DNA of 53,921 nt from Bryobacterales bacterium (GTDB lineage Bacteria; Acidobacteriota; Terriglobia; Bryobacterales; Bryobacteraceae). The number at the start of each line of letters is the position of its first letter. The stretch's first letter is position 1. This document shows positions 17,835 through 26,365 of the stretch, one piece after another. The stretch lies in contig DAIDJK010000144.1 of the NCBI GenBank assembly GCA_027450225.1, positions 1-53,921 of the forward strand. Reading direction: 5' to 3'. The notes under the pieces were generated by a model, which saw only the letters and a list, made by a program, of their open reading frames with translations, was not told the DNA's origin and did no database searches. A program made the translations under genes and the position numbers.

Positions 17835-17899
17835 CTTCATCTGCAGGCCTCGCCGGCGCTCCTCCGGAGCCGCCATAATGGAGACTCAGACGGCCGCTG

Positions 17900-19267
17900 A
17901 TGAATGACGCCCAGCTGATCGATCGTCTTCACTTCGCCTTCACGATCACCTACCACTACATCTTTCCGCAACTCACCATGGGGCTCGCCCCGCTCATGGT
18001 CACGCTCGAAACTCTGTACCTCCGCACCGGCAATCCCGATTACGAAGCCGGCGTGCGCTTCTGGACCCGCATCTTCGGCATCAATTTTGTTACCGGCGTC
18101 GTGACCGGCATCCCGATGGAGTTCCAGTTCGGAACCAACTGGTCGCGCTTCTCTCTTGCGACGGGCGGCGTGATAGCCCAGCCGCTCGCCATGGAAGGCG
18201 TATTCTCGTTCTTTCTCGAATCCGCGTTCCTCGGCCTCTTCCTTTTCGGACACAAGCGCCTCGGACGCTGGGGTCACTGGGCCGCGGGCGTGATGGTCTT
18301 TATCGGCTCGTGGCTCTCCGGATTCTTCATCGTGATGGCCGATGCCTGGATGCAGCACCCCGTAGCATACCGGCGGCTTGCGGATGGCTCGTTCGAAGTG
18401 ACCAGCCTGCTCGGCGTCATCACCAACCCCTGGGGACTTATCCAGTATTCGCATGTGATGAGCGGCGCGGTGATTACCGGCGCATTTGCGATGGCCGCGA
18501 CGGGCGCCTATTATCTGCTCAGCGGCCGCGCGCCCGGATTTGGGCGAATGTTCCTGCGCATCGGCGTCATCGCGGGCGCGATCGCATCGCTCGCGCAGAT
18601 CTTTCCCACCGGCGATATGCACGGTAAGTACATGGCGCAGCATCAACCCGCCACCACCGCCGCCATGGAAGCGCTCTTCCACACCGAAATCGGCGCGCCG
18701 CTCGTGATTCTCGGGCAGCCCGATATCGAGCACGAACGCATCGATAACCCCATCATCGTGAACCGCCTGCTCAGCTTCCTGATTTACGGCACGCCCGACG
18801 CGCGCGTTCGCGGCCTCACCGATTTCCCGAAGCAGAACTGGCCGGACAACATCCCGCTGGTCTACTTCGCGTATCACATCATGGCCGGCCTGGGAACCTT
18901 GTTCGCGGCAATCATGTGCGTTGCCGCGTTCCTGCTCTGGCGCGGCGCGCTCTTCCGGGCGAAATGGATGCTCTGGATCGTCCTGCTCGCTTTCCCGTTT
19001 CCCTTCATCGCCAATATCGCCGGATGGATCACGGCGGAAGTCGGCCGGCAACCCTGGCTGGTCTACAATCTCCTGCGCACGGCGGATGGTTTCTCACCCA
19101 CGGTTTCTGCGGGCAACGCGCTGTTTACTCTGCTGGGGTTCATGGGCATGTACGCGATGCTGTCCATCTTCTATCTCTTCCTGGTTCAGCGCGAACTCGC
19201 ACACGGCCCCGCGCCGGCATCGCAGCAAACGCCCGAAACCCCGGCCACCATTTCCGGAGCGTATTGA
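17900..19267 (+). CDS. cydA: Cytochrome bd-type quinol oxidase subunit I
   Basis: 455 aa with the canonical N-terminus LIDRLHFAFTITYHYIFPQLTMGLAPLMV. GVVTGIPMEFQFGTNWSRFS and GWITAEVGRQPWLVY motifs are present. Confidence 0.95.
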   Translation: MNDAQLIDRLHFAFTITYHYIFPQLTMGLAPLMVTLETLYLRTGNPDYEAGVRFWTRIFGINFVTGVVTGIPMEFQFGTNWSRFSLATGGVIAQPLAMEGVFSFFLESAFLGLFLFGHKRLGRWGHWAAGVMVFIGSWLSGFFIVMADAWMQHPVAYRRLADGSFEVTSLLGVITNPWGLIQYSHVMSGAVITGAFAMAATGAYYLLSGRAPGFGRMFLRIGVIAGAIASLAQIFPTGDMHGKYMAQHQPATTAAMEALFHTEIGAPLVILGQPDIEHERIDNPIIVNRLLSFLIYGTPDARVRGLTDFPKQNWPDNIPLVYFAYHIMAGLGTLFAAIMCVAAFLLWRGALFRAKWMLWIVLLAFPFPFIANIAGWITAEVGRQPWLVYNLLRTADGFSPTVSAGNALFTLLGFMGMYAMLSIFYLFLVQRELAHGPAPASQQTPETPATISGAY

Positions 19268-19270
19268 CGC

Positions 19271-20314
19271 ATGGCCACGGTCTGGTACGCTCTCGTCGCG
19301 CTGATGCTCGCTACTTACGTGATCCTGGATGGCTTCGATCTCGGCGCCGGCGCGCTTCATCTGATTGCCGCGAGAAGCGATGAGGAGCGGCGCGCGGTTC
19401 TGCACGCGATAGGCCCGGTCTGGGACGGCAATGAGGTGTGGCTGCTCGCCGCGGGCGGCACGCTCTTCTACGCCTTCCCGCTGCTTTACGCTTCCAGCTT
19501 CAGCGGCTTCTATCTCCCGCTGAACATGGTTCTCTGGCTGCTGATCTTTCGCGCCATCGGCATCGAGTTCCGTCAGCACATCAGCGAATCGGTGTGGCGC
19601 GATTTCTTCGACGGCGTCTTCTCCATCGCGAGCATTCTGCTCATCATCCTCTTCGGCGCCGCATTCGGCAACGTCATCCGTGGCGTGCCGCTCGCAGCCG
19701 ATCACACCTTCTTTGTGCCGCTCTGGACGAATTTCCTGCCCGGCGCAAACCCCGGCGCGCTCGACTGGTACACGCTTCTTGCTGCGATCCTCGCGGTGTG
19801 CGCGCTGAGCATGCACGGCGCGCTCTACCTCATCATGAAGACCGAAGGCGCCCTGAACGCGCGCCTGCGCCGCATCGTCCGTCCGCTGTTCGCGGCTGTG
19901 GCGCTGCTCACGCTCGCCGCGCTTCCCGCATCCGTCGCGGTGCGGCCCAGTCTGCTCGATAATTACCGCGCAGGTCCCACGGGCTGGATCATCCCCGTCG
20001 CGGTGATTGCCGGGCTTGCCGGCGCGTTCGTCTTTACGCGAAACGGCAACGAACGCAACGCATTCCTCTCCTCGTGTCTGTACCTGCTGGCGATGCTTTC
20101 GGGCGCGGCATTCGCGCTTTATCCGGTGCTGCTGCCCGCTTCGGGCGATCCCGCCAACAACGTCACCATCGCCAACGCGGCGGCCGGTCCTTCATCGCTT
20201 TCCATTGGCCTCATCTGGTGGAGCATAGGCATGGCGATCGCGGTCGCTTACTTCGTGATCGTCTATTCGATGTTCCGAGGCAAAGTCAGCGTGGCCTCCA
20301 CCACGCATATGTAG
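19271..20314 (+). CDS. cydB: Cytochrome bd-type quinol oxidase subunit II
   Basis: 347 aa starting 3 nt after cydA. The N-terminus WYALVALMLATYVILDGFDLGAGALH...GPVWDGNEVWLL is typical of CydB. Confidence 0.9.
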   Translation: MATVWYALVALMLATYVILDGFDLGAGALHLIAARSDEERRAVLHAIGPVWDGNEVWLLAAGGTLFYAFPLLYASSFSGFYLPLNMVLWLLIFRAIGIEFRQHISESVWRDFFDGVFSIASILLIILFGAAFGNVIRGVPLAADHTFFVPLWTNFLPGANPGALDWYTLLAAILAVCALSMHGALYLIMKTEGALNARLRRIVRPLFAAVALLTLAALPASVAVRPSLLDNYRAGPTGWIIPVAVIAGLAGAFVFTRNGNERNAFLSSCLYLLAMLSGAAFALYPVLLPASGDPANNVTIANAAAGPSSLSIGLIWWSIGMAIAVAYFVIVYSMFRGKVSVASTTHM

Positions 20315-20451
20315 ATACCTTAGATACCTGCAAAAGCCATCTTTTCAACGCCACGAGAAGCTACTTTCTTCTTCCGTTTCGCCGTCGATCCGCTTAGCCT
20401 TTCGAATGCCATTCGCGAGATCATGAGGCGGACGCCGGGATTCCAGGTGAT

Positions 20452-21348
20452 TTATTCAGTGCCGTAGCGCATGTTTTCCAGATCGTGAATCAAGCCGGGT
20501 CCCGTCGGAATCCATCCCAGCGCCGCTCTGGTTTGCGCGCTCGATGCCGGCAAATCCCAGCCGGCGAAGGGCGCGAGCCAGCCGAAATGCCCCGCGGCTT
20601 CTTCCGGCCTGATCGAGACCACAGGCACGCCCAGACCGCGCCCGACCACCTCGGCGATCGCTCGCGTGGTGACGCCTTCCTCGGCCACCGCGTGATACCG
20701 CACATCTCCCTTGCCCTTCTCGAGCGCCAGCCGGTACAGACGAGCCGTATCCAGGCGTGGAGCTGCGGGCCATCGGTTCAGTCCGTCGCCGATGTAGGCC
20801 GAAATACCCTTCTCCCGCGCAAGTCGGATCGAATAGCTGACAAGACCCTGCTTCACTGTGTCGTGGATCTGGGAGAGCCGCATCTTCACCACTCGCACGC
20901 CCCTGGCCGCCACCGCGTCCGCCGCCTCTTCCGTCGCCGCGCGAGGCATTACGCTGGAACTCGCCGCCGGATCGTTTTCGGTGACAGGCACGCCGGGTCC
21001 CAGACTCGATATGGCCGTCCCGGAACTGACGATCAGCATTCTGTTCGAGCCGGCGAGCGCATCGCCCAGCGCCTCGATCGCTCTCCTGTCGATTTCGCAG
21101 ATCTCCCGGAATCTCGAGAAATCGTGGACAAAGGCCGTGTGAATCACCGCGTCCGCGCCGGCCGCTCCCTTGCGCAGACTTTCCGGATCTTCCACGTCGC
21201 CCCGGTGTGGTTCAGCGCCGGCTTCCGCAAGCGACTTCGCGCCTGCGTCCGATCGCGCCAGGCCGAGCACCCGATGACCGGCCTGAACGAGTTCCTGAAC
21301 GACGGCAGCTCCAATAAACCCCGTAGCCCCCGTAACGAAGACACGCAT
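20452..21348 (-). CDS. NAD(P)-dependent epimerase/dehydratase-like SDR (atypical/NmrA-like) oxidoreductase
   Basis: 298 aa with the Rossmann motif MRVFVTGATGFIGAAVVQELVQAGHRVLGLARS. It is divergent from a TetR gene. Confidence 0.85.
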   Translation of the reverse strand: MRVFVTGATGFIGAAVVQELVQAGHRVLGLARSDAGAKSLAEAGAEPHRGDVEDPESLRKGAAGADAVIHTAFVHDFSRFREICEIDRRAIEALGDALAGSNRMLIVSSGTAISSLGPGVPVTENDPAASSSVMPRAATEEAADAVAARGVRVVKMRLSQIHDTVKQGLVSYSIRLAREKGISAYIGDGLNRWPAAPRLDTARLYRLALEKGKGDVRYHAVAEEGVTTRAIAEVVGRGLGVPVVSIRPEEAAGHFGWLAPFAGWDLPASSAQTRAALGWIPTGPGLIHDLENMRYGTE

Positions 21349-21410
21349 ATTCCATTCCTCCTCGTGACGCCGCGGCCGGCATTGACGGCGGCGCGGCGGA
21401 TCTGATAAAT

Positions 21411-21454
21411 CGGAGATAGTCTCCGCATTCGAAGATTAACGGAGGCTGTCTCCG
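21411..21454. promoter_or_regulatory. Two 15-bp palindromes (candidate TetR operators) in the SDR/TetR divergent intergenic region
   Basis: CGGAGaTAGtCTCCG lies at 21411-21425 and CGGAGgCTGtCTCCG at 21440-21454. They share the half-sites CGGAG/CTCCG and are spaced 29 bp start to start. They sit between the SDR start (21348) and the TetR ATG (21474). Confidence 0.5.
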
Positions 21455-21473
21455 GTTGCAAATATTTTCCGCG

Positions 21474-22061
21474 ATGCCTGTGAAACATCCATCCCCGCCC
21501 GCGCGCAAACCACGCAGCGACGCGCAGCGCAATCGCGAACGCCTCCTCGAAGTGGCGAAGGATTCTTTTACGCGCTTTGGCGCGAATGCCAGTCTTGACG
21601 ACATCGCTGCGCGGGCTGGCGTTGGACCCGGAACTCTGTATCGCCACTTTCCCACGCGGGATGCGCTGATCGAGGCGGTTTATCACGCGGAAGTGGAGAA
21701 GATCGCGGCCGCGGCGCGCAAATTCTCAGACTCCATGCCGCCGGTTGAGGCTTTGCGGGCGTGGATGCTGCTGTTCATCGATTACATTGCGGCAAAGCAG
21801 ATCATCGCGCCTGTGCTGAATACCATTGTGGGCGGCCCCTCGAAGCTCTACGAGGGTTCCCGCGCTCACATCGCAGGCGCGCTCGATCTGCTCGTGAAGC
21901 GCGCCATCAGAAGCGGCGAGATTCGCCGGGACCTCGATCCGCTCGATCTGCTTCGCGCGCTGATCGGCGTCGCCTTCCTGACCTCCGATCCGGACTGGCA
22001 GCAAAGTGCGAGGCGGCTGGTAGACATTCTCATCGCCGGCTCACGCCGAGTCACGCGCTAA
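21474..22061 (+). CDS. TetR/AcrR-family transcriptional regulator
   Basis: The HTH region reads RSDAQRNRERLLEVAKDSFTRFGANASLDDIAARAGVGPGTLYRHFPTRDALIEAVY. The track ORF begins at TTG 21456. I prefer ATG 21474 (MPVKHPS...) because the second palindrome ends at 21454. Confidence 0.9.
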   Translation: MPVKHPSPPARKPRSDAQRNRERLLEVAKDSFTRFGANASLDDIAARAGVGPGTLYRHFPTRDALIEAVYHAEVEKIAAAARKFSDSMPPVEALRAWMLLFIDYIAAKQIIAPVLNTIVGGPSKLYEGSRAHIAGALDLLVKRAIRSGEIRRDLDPLDLLRALIGVAFLTSDPDWQQSARRLVDILIAGSRRVTR

Positions 22062-22151
22062 CCCGCCCTTTATTAGCCCTGCCATCAACAACTTGAAAGC
22101 ACCTGGCTCCTGCTGGCTGCGCTTCGAAGGCTAACTTCTTCGACAGATAGC

Positions 22152-23150
22152 ATGCGAGTCGTTCTTGCTTACAAGAATTTTGCCGCCGACCGCGCGGTCT
22201 CCCACATTGGCCTTGGCGTCACAGCCCTGAATGCCGCCAAATCGCTCCGCGACATCGGCATCCGGGCAGACGTCTGGGCCATTACCAGCGCTGCCGATCT
22301 CACAACGCGGCTGCGCCAGTCGGAAGCCACACACGTCGTCATTTCGGCGCCGTGGATCCAGACGCCGGACCTCGCCCGGATGTGCGCCGAATTTCCGGAA
22401 ACGCAGTTCGCCGTCAACTGTCATTCCAACCTCGGATTCCTGCAGGCCGATCCCAACGCGATGCGACTGGTGCGCGAGGGCCTAGAACTGCATCGGACCA
22501 CCTGGAATTTCCAGGTCGCCGCCAATTGCACGCGGCTGGCCCGCTGGATCGAAGCCGCTTATTCCGCGCCTTGTCTGTGCCTGCCGAATATCTATCATCT
22601 GGAAGGGGGCCGTCCGGACCGAAAGCCGTATGATCGCGGCACTCTTCGCATCGGAGCGTTCGGCGCGACGCGCGCGCTCAAGAATCTTTTAACTGCCGCG
22701 GGCGCCGCCCTTGAGATCGCAAACACCATGCGCGCCGACCTTGAATTCTGGATCTCCTCCGGCCGCAATGAAGGCGCCGGGCCGGTCATTCAGGCGCTCC
22801 GCCAGATGATGGCCGGCGTTCCTCACGTGAAAATCGTGGAGAACGGGTGGCAGACGTGGCCGCAGTTTCGACAGACCGTGCGGCACATGCACCTGCTCCT
22901 TCAGCCGAGCTATACGGAGAGCTTCAACGTGGTGACTGCCGATGGCGCCGCGGAAGGTGTTCCGAGCGTGGTCTCCGACGCCATCGAATGGGCTCCGGAC
23001 AGCTGGAAAGCGAAGGTGGACGACGCGGGAGATATCGCGCGGGTTGGCTGCAGGTTGCTCAGGAGCCGCTGGGCCGCGAGCGCCGGATATTCCGCCCTGG
23101 TAAAGCACAACCGGTCCGCGCTATCGTTCTGGCGCGATTTCCTCAGGTAG
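22152..23150 (+). CDS. GT-B-fold glycosyltransferase-like protein (GT4-like C-terminal half)
   Basis: 332 aa. The C-terminal segment LLLQPSYTESFNVVTADGAAEGVPSVVSD resembles the E-x7-E region of retaining GT4 enzymes. The N-terminal half is divergent, so the call is moderate only. Confidence 0.5.
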   Translation: MRVVLAYKNFAADRAVSHIGLGVTALNAAKSLRDIGIRADVWAITSAADLTTRLRQSEATHVVISAPWIQTPDLARMCAEFPETQFAVNCHSNLGFLQADPNAMRLVREGLELHRTTWNFQVAANCTRLARWIEAAYSAPCLCLPNIYHLEGGRPDRKPYDRGTLRIGAFGATRALKNLLTAAGAALEIANTMRADLEFWISSGRNEGAGPVIQALRQMMAGVPHVKIVENGWQTWPQFRQTVRHMHLLLQPSYTESFNVVTADGAAEGVPSVVSDAIEWAPDSWKAKVDDAGDIARVGCRLLRSRWAASAGYSALVKHNRSALSFWRDFLR

Positions 23151-23151
23151 C

Positions 23152-23177
23152 GCGCCCGATTCCCGCTTGCCGGGCGC
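23152..23177. terminator. Hairpin between convergent genes (possible bidirectional terminator)
   Basis: GCGCCCG (23152-58), a 12-nt loop, then CGGGCGC (23171-77). It lies in the 44-nt gap between the glycosyltransferase stop (23150) and the metalloprotease stop (23195). There is no clear U-tract. Confidence 0.35.
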
Positions 23178-23194
23178 ATGCCGCTTACAGAAAG

Positions 23195-25696
23195 CTAATT
23201 GGACGGTGCGGGCTGGATCGGAATCTGCGCCGGGAAACTGGATCGGCCGTTGTAATAGATCACAATCTGGATCGCATTTCCCACTGCATCCGTTGGGGTG
23301 AGCGGGAAATAGACCTGAGTGTCGGTCGCGGTGGCGGAGACCACGCTGCTTGCCGGGCGCAGCACGCCGCCAACGCCCACCTGTACCTGGTCTGGCGTGA
23401 TTACAGCGCCGGCCGGAGCGAAATTGGCCAGACTGACGACCAGAGTGCTGCCGAGCGTAGCCGGATGGCCGGGGTAGATGTAAGCGCCGGTGCTGTCCTG
23501 AATCGCGCCGATGGCCGCGGGTGGCGGATCGATATTAACCTCAACCGGATAGGAAGTCGAGAAGCCGTTGCTTACGGAGAGAACCGCCGGGCCGGCTGGC
23601 AGATCGGCCGGGATCTGGAAGTTGATCTGGCTGCTGGAAGCGTAGAGAATCAAGGCTGTTTCGCCGCCAATGGTCACCACCGGCGTGCCGTTCGGGGCGG
23701 CCATGTTCTGGCCGTAGAGGCTCACCGTGGCTCCGGCGTAGGAACCGATCAGACCACTGACGCCATTGGGCAGAATCGGCACCGGCGCCGGTTGACCCGC
23801 GACGGGAGCCAGCACGGTGAATGCGCCGCTCGAAGTCGCGATCTGGAATCCGGAGATCACGTTGACGTCCGAAGCGGTCTGGGCGGCCGCGCCGGCCACC
23901 GAGACGTCGGCGATGGCGTGCGTGGGCGAGATCACGAAGATCCGGCGCACCAGAATGTCCGGCGTGCCGAAGCCGACCGTGGTTTGTCCCGCCGCGAGAG
24001 TCATGCCGCTCACCACGATATCCACTTTGGCCTCCACTCCGGCGGGCAGCGTCGATGGTGAGACCGAGACGATGGCGGGCGCGGCGCTGGAGTTGGATGC
24101 GTACAGGACCGGCGACGAGGATTCGACCAGCCATGAACTTTGTCCATCGGGATTGAACACCGAGACAGCCTCCGTCTGGCCGTTCGCCGCGGGCGGGGGA
24201 GTCACGTTGGCGGTTCCCGTTTGCGGATTGATCGAATTCACCTGCGCGGGAAGACTGTCGAAATAGAAAACGCTGTCCGCATTCCAGTGGACGCCTGCAA
24301 GAGTAACTGTGCCGTCGGCATTGCCTGACGCCGAAGTGATGGTCGGCGGATTACTCTGCGTCAGATTGATGCCCGCGGGCAGCACATACATATCCCTCGA
24401 CGTGTTGAAAACAACGTGCTGCGGACCGGTGGCTGCGTTCGTGTTGAAGCCGAGACTCAGGGCAACGTAGGTATATCCCGAAACCGCATACGGCTCGATG
24501 CCGGGTGGCGCGAGCTGAATGTTGCCTCCCATGAACTGAACGCCCAGCCCAGGCGCGCTGCCATTCGAAGCCAGGCCGTAGCCGGATACCGATACCGTGG
24601 TGCTGCCGTTGTTCAAATTCACGTCAGCCGGCTTTGCGGCGACGCTTCCCTGATTGAAAAATCCGTAGATTCCGACATCGTAGATGCTGACCGAACTCTG
24701 GCTGGCGAGCGAGAAGTTGACGCCGGACGAAACCTGGCCCGCCGATACCGGCACCACGCTCGCCGATGCGATGCTGCTGGTTCCCGGATAGAAGAGCGTG
24801 TTGGTGGGCGAGGAAGCCGCCACAACGTTGCCGTTCGCGTCCCACGGTCCAAGAATGTTGGCGTCCGGTGGCAGCGGATGCGCGTAGACATAGTAACTGC
24901 CCGGAGGCACACCCGTGATGACATAGCTGCCGTCCGGGTTGGTGACGGCGCTGACGGCATCCCCTCCGGCCCGGATGGCGACTACCGATTGCATGTGAAC
25001 ACCCGCGCCGCCCGCCACCACACGGCCGGAAATCGAGCCGAACTGGGCTGTCTGCGCGGGATAAAGGAAGGTGATGCCGGCCACGTCATCGGCATTGATG
25101 GGATGCGTAAGGTTGCTGGCGCTGGTGGTCGCGGTGGACATCGCCGCCGAGGTGAAGGTGTGCTGCAGGCCGAGCGCGTGACCGAGTTCATGGACAGCGG
25201 TGGTGAAAAACGTTTCGTTGAAGCTGGGGCCCGGCGCAACCGTGAGGTTCAGGTTGAAGTGCATCGCCGAGCGCGTCACCGGTATGAACTGGCTGCCATC
25301 GGCGGCGGTGGCGGGCGTGTCGGTGGCAGTGGGGCCGCCATAGCCCAGAAGACCGGGCGGCAGATCTTCAAAGACGCAATCGATTCCCGGAGTATTGCGG
25401 GGTGTCGCGGTGTTCTGGAGCCCTTCGAAACGAACCCGGAGAGCGGAACTGGATATGCTGTCCCAGACGTGCGCAGCGTGGCGAATCTGGTTCACCACGG
25501 AGTTGAACGAATCGGTTCCGGAGTATTGGGTCGGTCCGCTTTCGGAAACAAGAACGGGGACGGTATTCGAGTTGAGCGCCGTCAGGTCGAACTTCTCCGG
25601 CGCGTTCGCGCCGTTCAGGTAGTGAATGAAGTGGTAATAAGCCGGCAGCGGACAGGCCGCGGCGAGAAGCGCGACGGCGGCGGCAACGCGCCTCAT
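23195..25696 (-). CDS. Secreted multidomain metzincin (matrixin/M10-like) zinc metalloprotease with CarboxypepD_reg-like and repeated IPT/TIGR03437-like Ig domains
   Basis: 833 aa with a signal peptide (VAAAVALLAAACPLPA). The zinc motif is TTAVHELGHALGLQHTF (HExxHxxGxxH) with downstream Met residues (SAAMS). Then come GSISGRVVAGG...TNPDGSYVITGVPPGSYYVYAHP and several Ig-like repeats (e.g. SLYGQNMA...SSQINFQIPADLPAGPAVLSV). Confidence 0.85.
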   Translation of the reverse strand: MRRVAAAVALLAAACPLPAYYHFIHYLNGANAPEKFDLTALNSNTVPVLVSESGPTQYSGTDSFNSVVNQIRHAAHVWDSISSSALRVRFEGLQNTATPRNTPGIDCVFEDLPPGLLGYGGPTATDTPATAADGSQFIPVTRSAMHFNLNLTVAPGPSFNETFFTTAVHELGHALGLQHTFTSAAMSTATTSASNLTHPINADDVAGITFLYPAQTAQFGSISGRVVAGGAGVHMQSVVAIRAGGDAVSAVTNPDGSYVITGVPPGSYYVYAHPLPPDANILGPWDANGNVVAASSPTNTLFYPGTSSIASASVVPVSAGQVSSGVNFSLASQSSVSIYDVGIYGFFNQGSVAAKPADVNLNNGSTTVSVSGYGLASNGSAPGLGVQFMGGNIQLAPPGIEPYAVSGYTYVALSLGFNTNAATGPQHVVFNTSRDMYVLPAGINLTQSNPPTITSASGNADGTVTLAGVHWNADSVFYFDSLPAQVNSINPQTGTANVTPPPAANGQTEAVSVFNPDGQSSWLVESSSPVLYASNSSAAPAIVSVSPSTLPAGVEAKVDIVVSGMTLAAGQTTVGFGTPDILVRRIFVISPTHAIADVSVAGAAAQTASDVNVISGFQIATSSGAFTVLAPVAGQPAPVPILPNGVSGLIGSYAGATVSLYGQNMAAPNGTPVVTIGGETALILYASSSQINFQIPADLPAGPAVLSVSNGFSTSYPVEVNIDPPPAAIGAIQDSTGAYIYPGHPATLGSTLVVSLANFAPAGAVITPDQVQVGVGGVLRPASSVVSATATDTQVYFPLTPTDAVGNAIQIVIYYNGRSSFPAQIPIQPAPSN

Positions 25697-26220
25697 TTCT
25701 GCGCTCCGGTATGCGCGGCGATACGCGCGCGGAGATCGCGAAGCCGCGTGGAAGGGGGAACATCGGTGGCCGGTCTTCCGGTGGCGTCGAGCATCAGTTC
25801 ACCGATCGGCGCACGGCTGAGCGTCACGGAGCCGTCGGATTGAGCGGTGGGATTCAGGATGCCCTGGCTGAGCCCAACCGGGAAGGTGAGGCCGGTGCGG
25901 GGTGACGTCCACAGAAACAGGACGTATTCGGACCCGGCGGACAGGACGGGAACGCCGGGGAAGGATTGCCGGTAATGGCCGTTCACTCCGCCGGGGAGTA
26001 CGAATTCGGCGGGCGCGGTTCCCTTGAGTGTTTCTTCGGTTTGAAGCTGGTAGTGGGTGTAGATCGTCGAACCGGAAAAGGCGGTGGAGACGGACGATAT
26101 CCGGACGCGGACGATCGAAGTCGCCGCACTGGTGATCTGGTCCAGACTGAGTTGCTCAAGGGTTGCGGCGGGCGCGGAGAGGGCCGCCGCCAGGGCCAGA
26201 AATGGCACGAACCGGAACAT
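25693..26220 (-). CDS. Small secreted beta-rich protein of unknown function, translationally coupled to the metalloprotease
   Basis: I start it at MFRFVPFLALAAALSAPAAT (cat 26218-26220), giving about 175 aa. Its stop overlaps the protease ATG (ATGA at 25693-25696). It has no recognisable catalytic motif and no Cys residue in the mature part. Confidence 0.6.
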   Translation of the reverse strand: MFRFVPFLALAAALSAPAATLEQLSLDQITSAATSIVRVRISSVSTAFSGSTIYTHYQLQTEETLKGTAPAEFVLPGGVNGHYRQSFPGVPVLSAGSEYVLFLWTSPRTGLTFPVGLSQGILNPTAQSDGSVTLSRAPIGELMLDATGRPATDVPPSTRLRDLRARIAAHTGAQK

Positions 26221-26299
26221 GGTGCGGCGATAACGAAGCAGACCGGGGGCCAGCATCTGTACATTGATTCTGCGCGGTTTGCGCGAGAGATTCTATATC

Positions 26300-26316
26300 T
26301 CCCGGTACCACCGGGA
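26300..26316 (-). terminator. Short hairpin after the Nramp-USP gene, followed by an A/T-rich -10-like element
   Basis: On the minus strand it reads TCCCGGT-ggt-ACCGGGA (7-bp stem). gagaTATAGAATctc follows (plus coordinates about 26290-26297). It lies about 70 nt upstream of the 26220 start, which hints that the partner and protease pair is its own transcription unit. Confidence 0.3.
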
Positions 26317-26365
26317 CACGGGGGTGGGGCGGCCTGTCTCAGCGGCTGTTCGCGCACGCCGTCGC

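Noticed and set aside
20312-20329. Perfect 9-bp tandem duplication TAGATACCT TAGATACCT starting at the cydB stop codon
   Set aside because: It is too short to be a repeat element. It is most simply a slippage duplication that happens to provide a second in-frame TAG, with no evident function.
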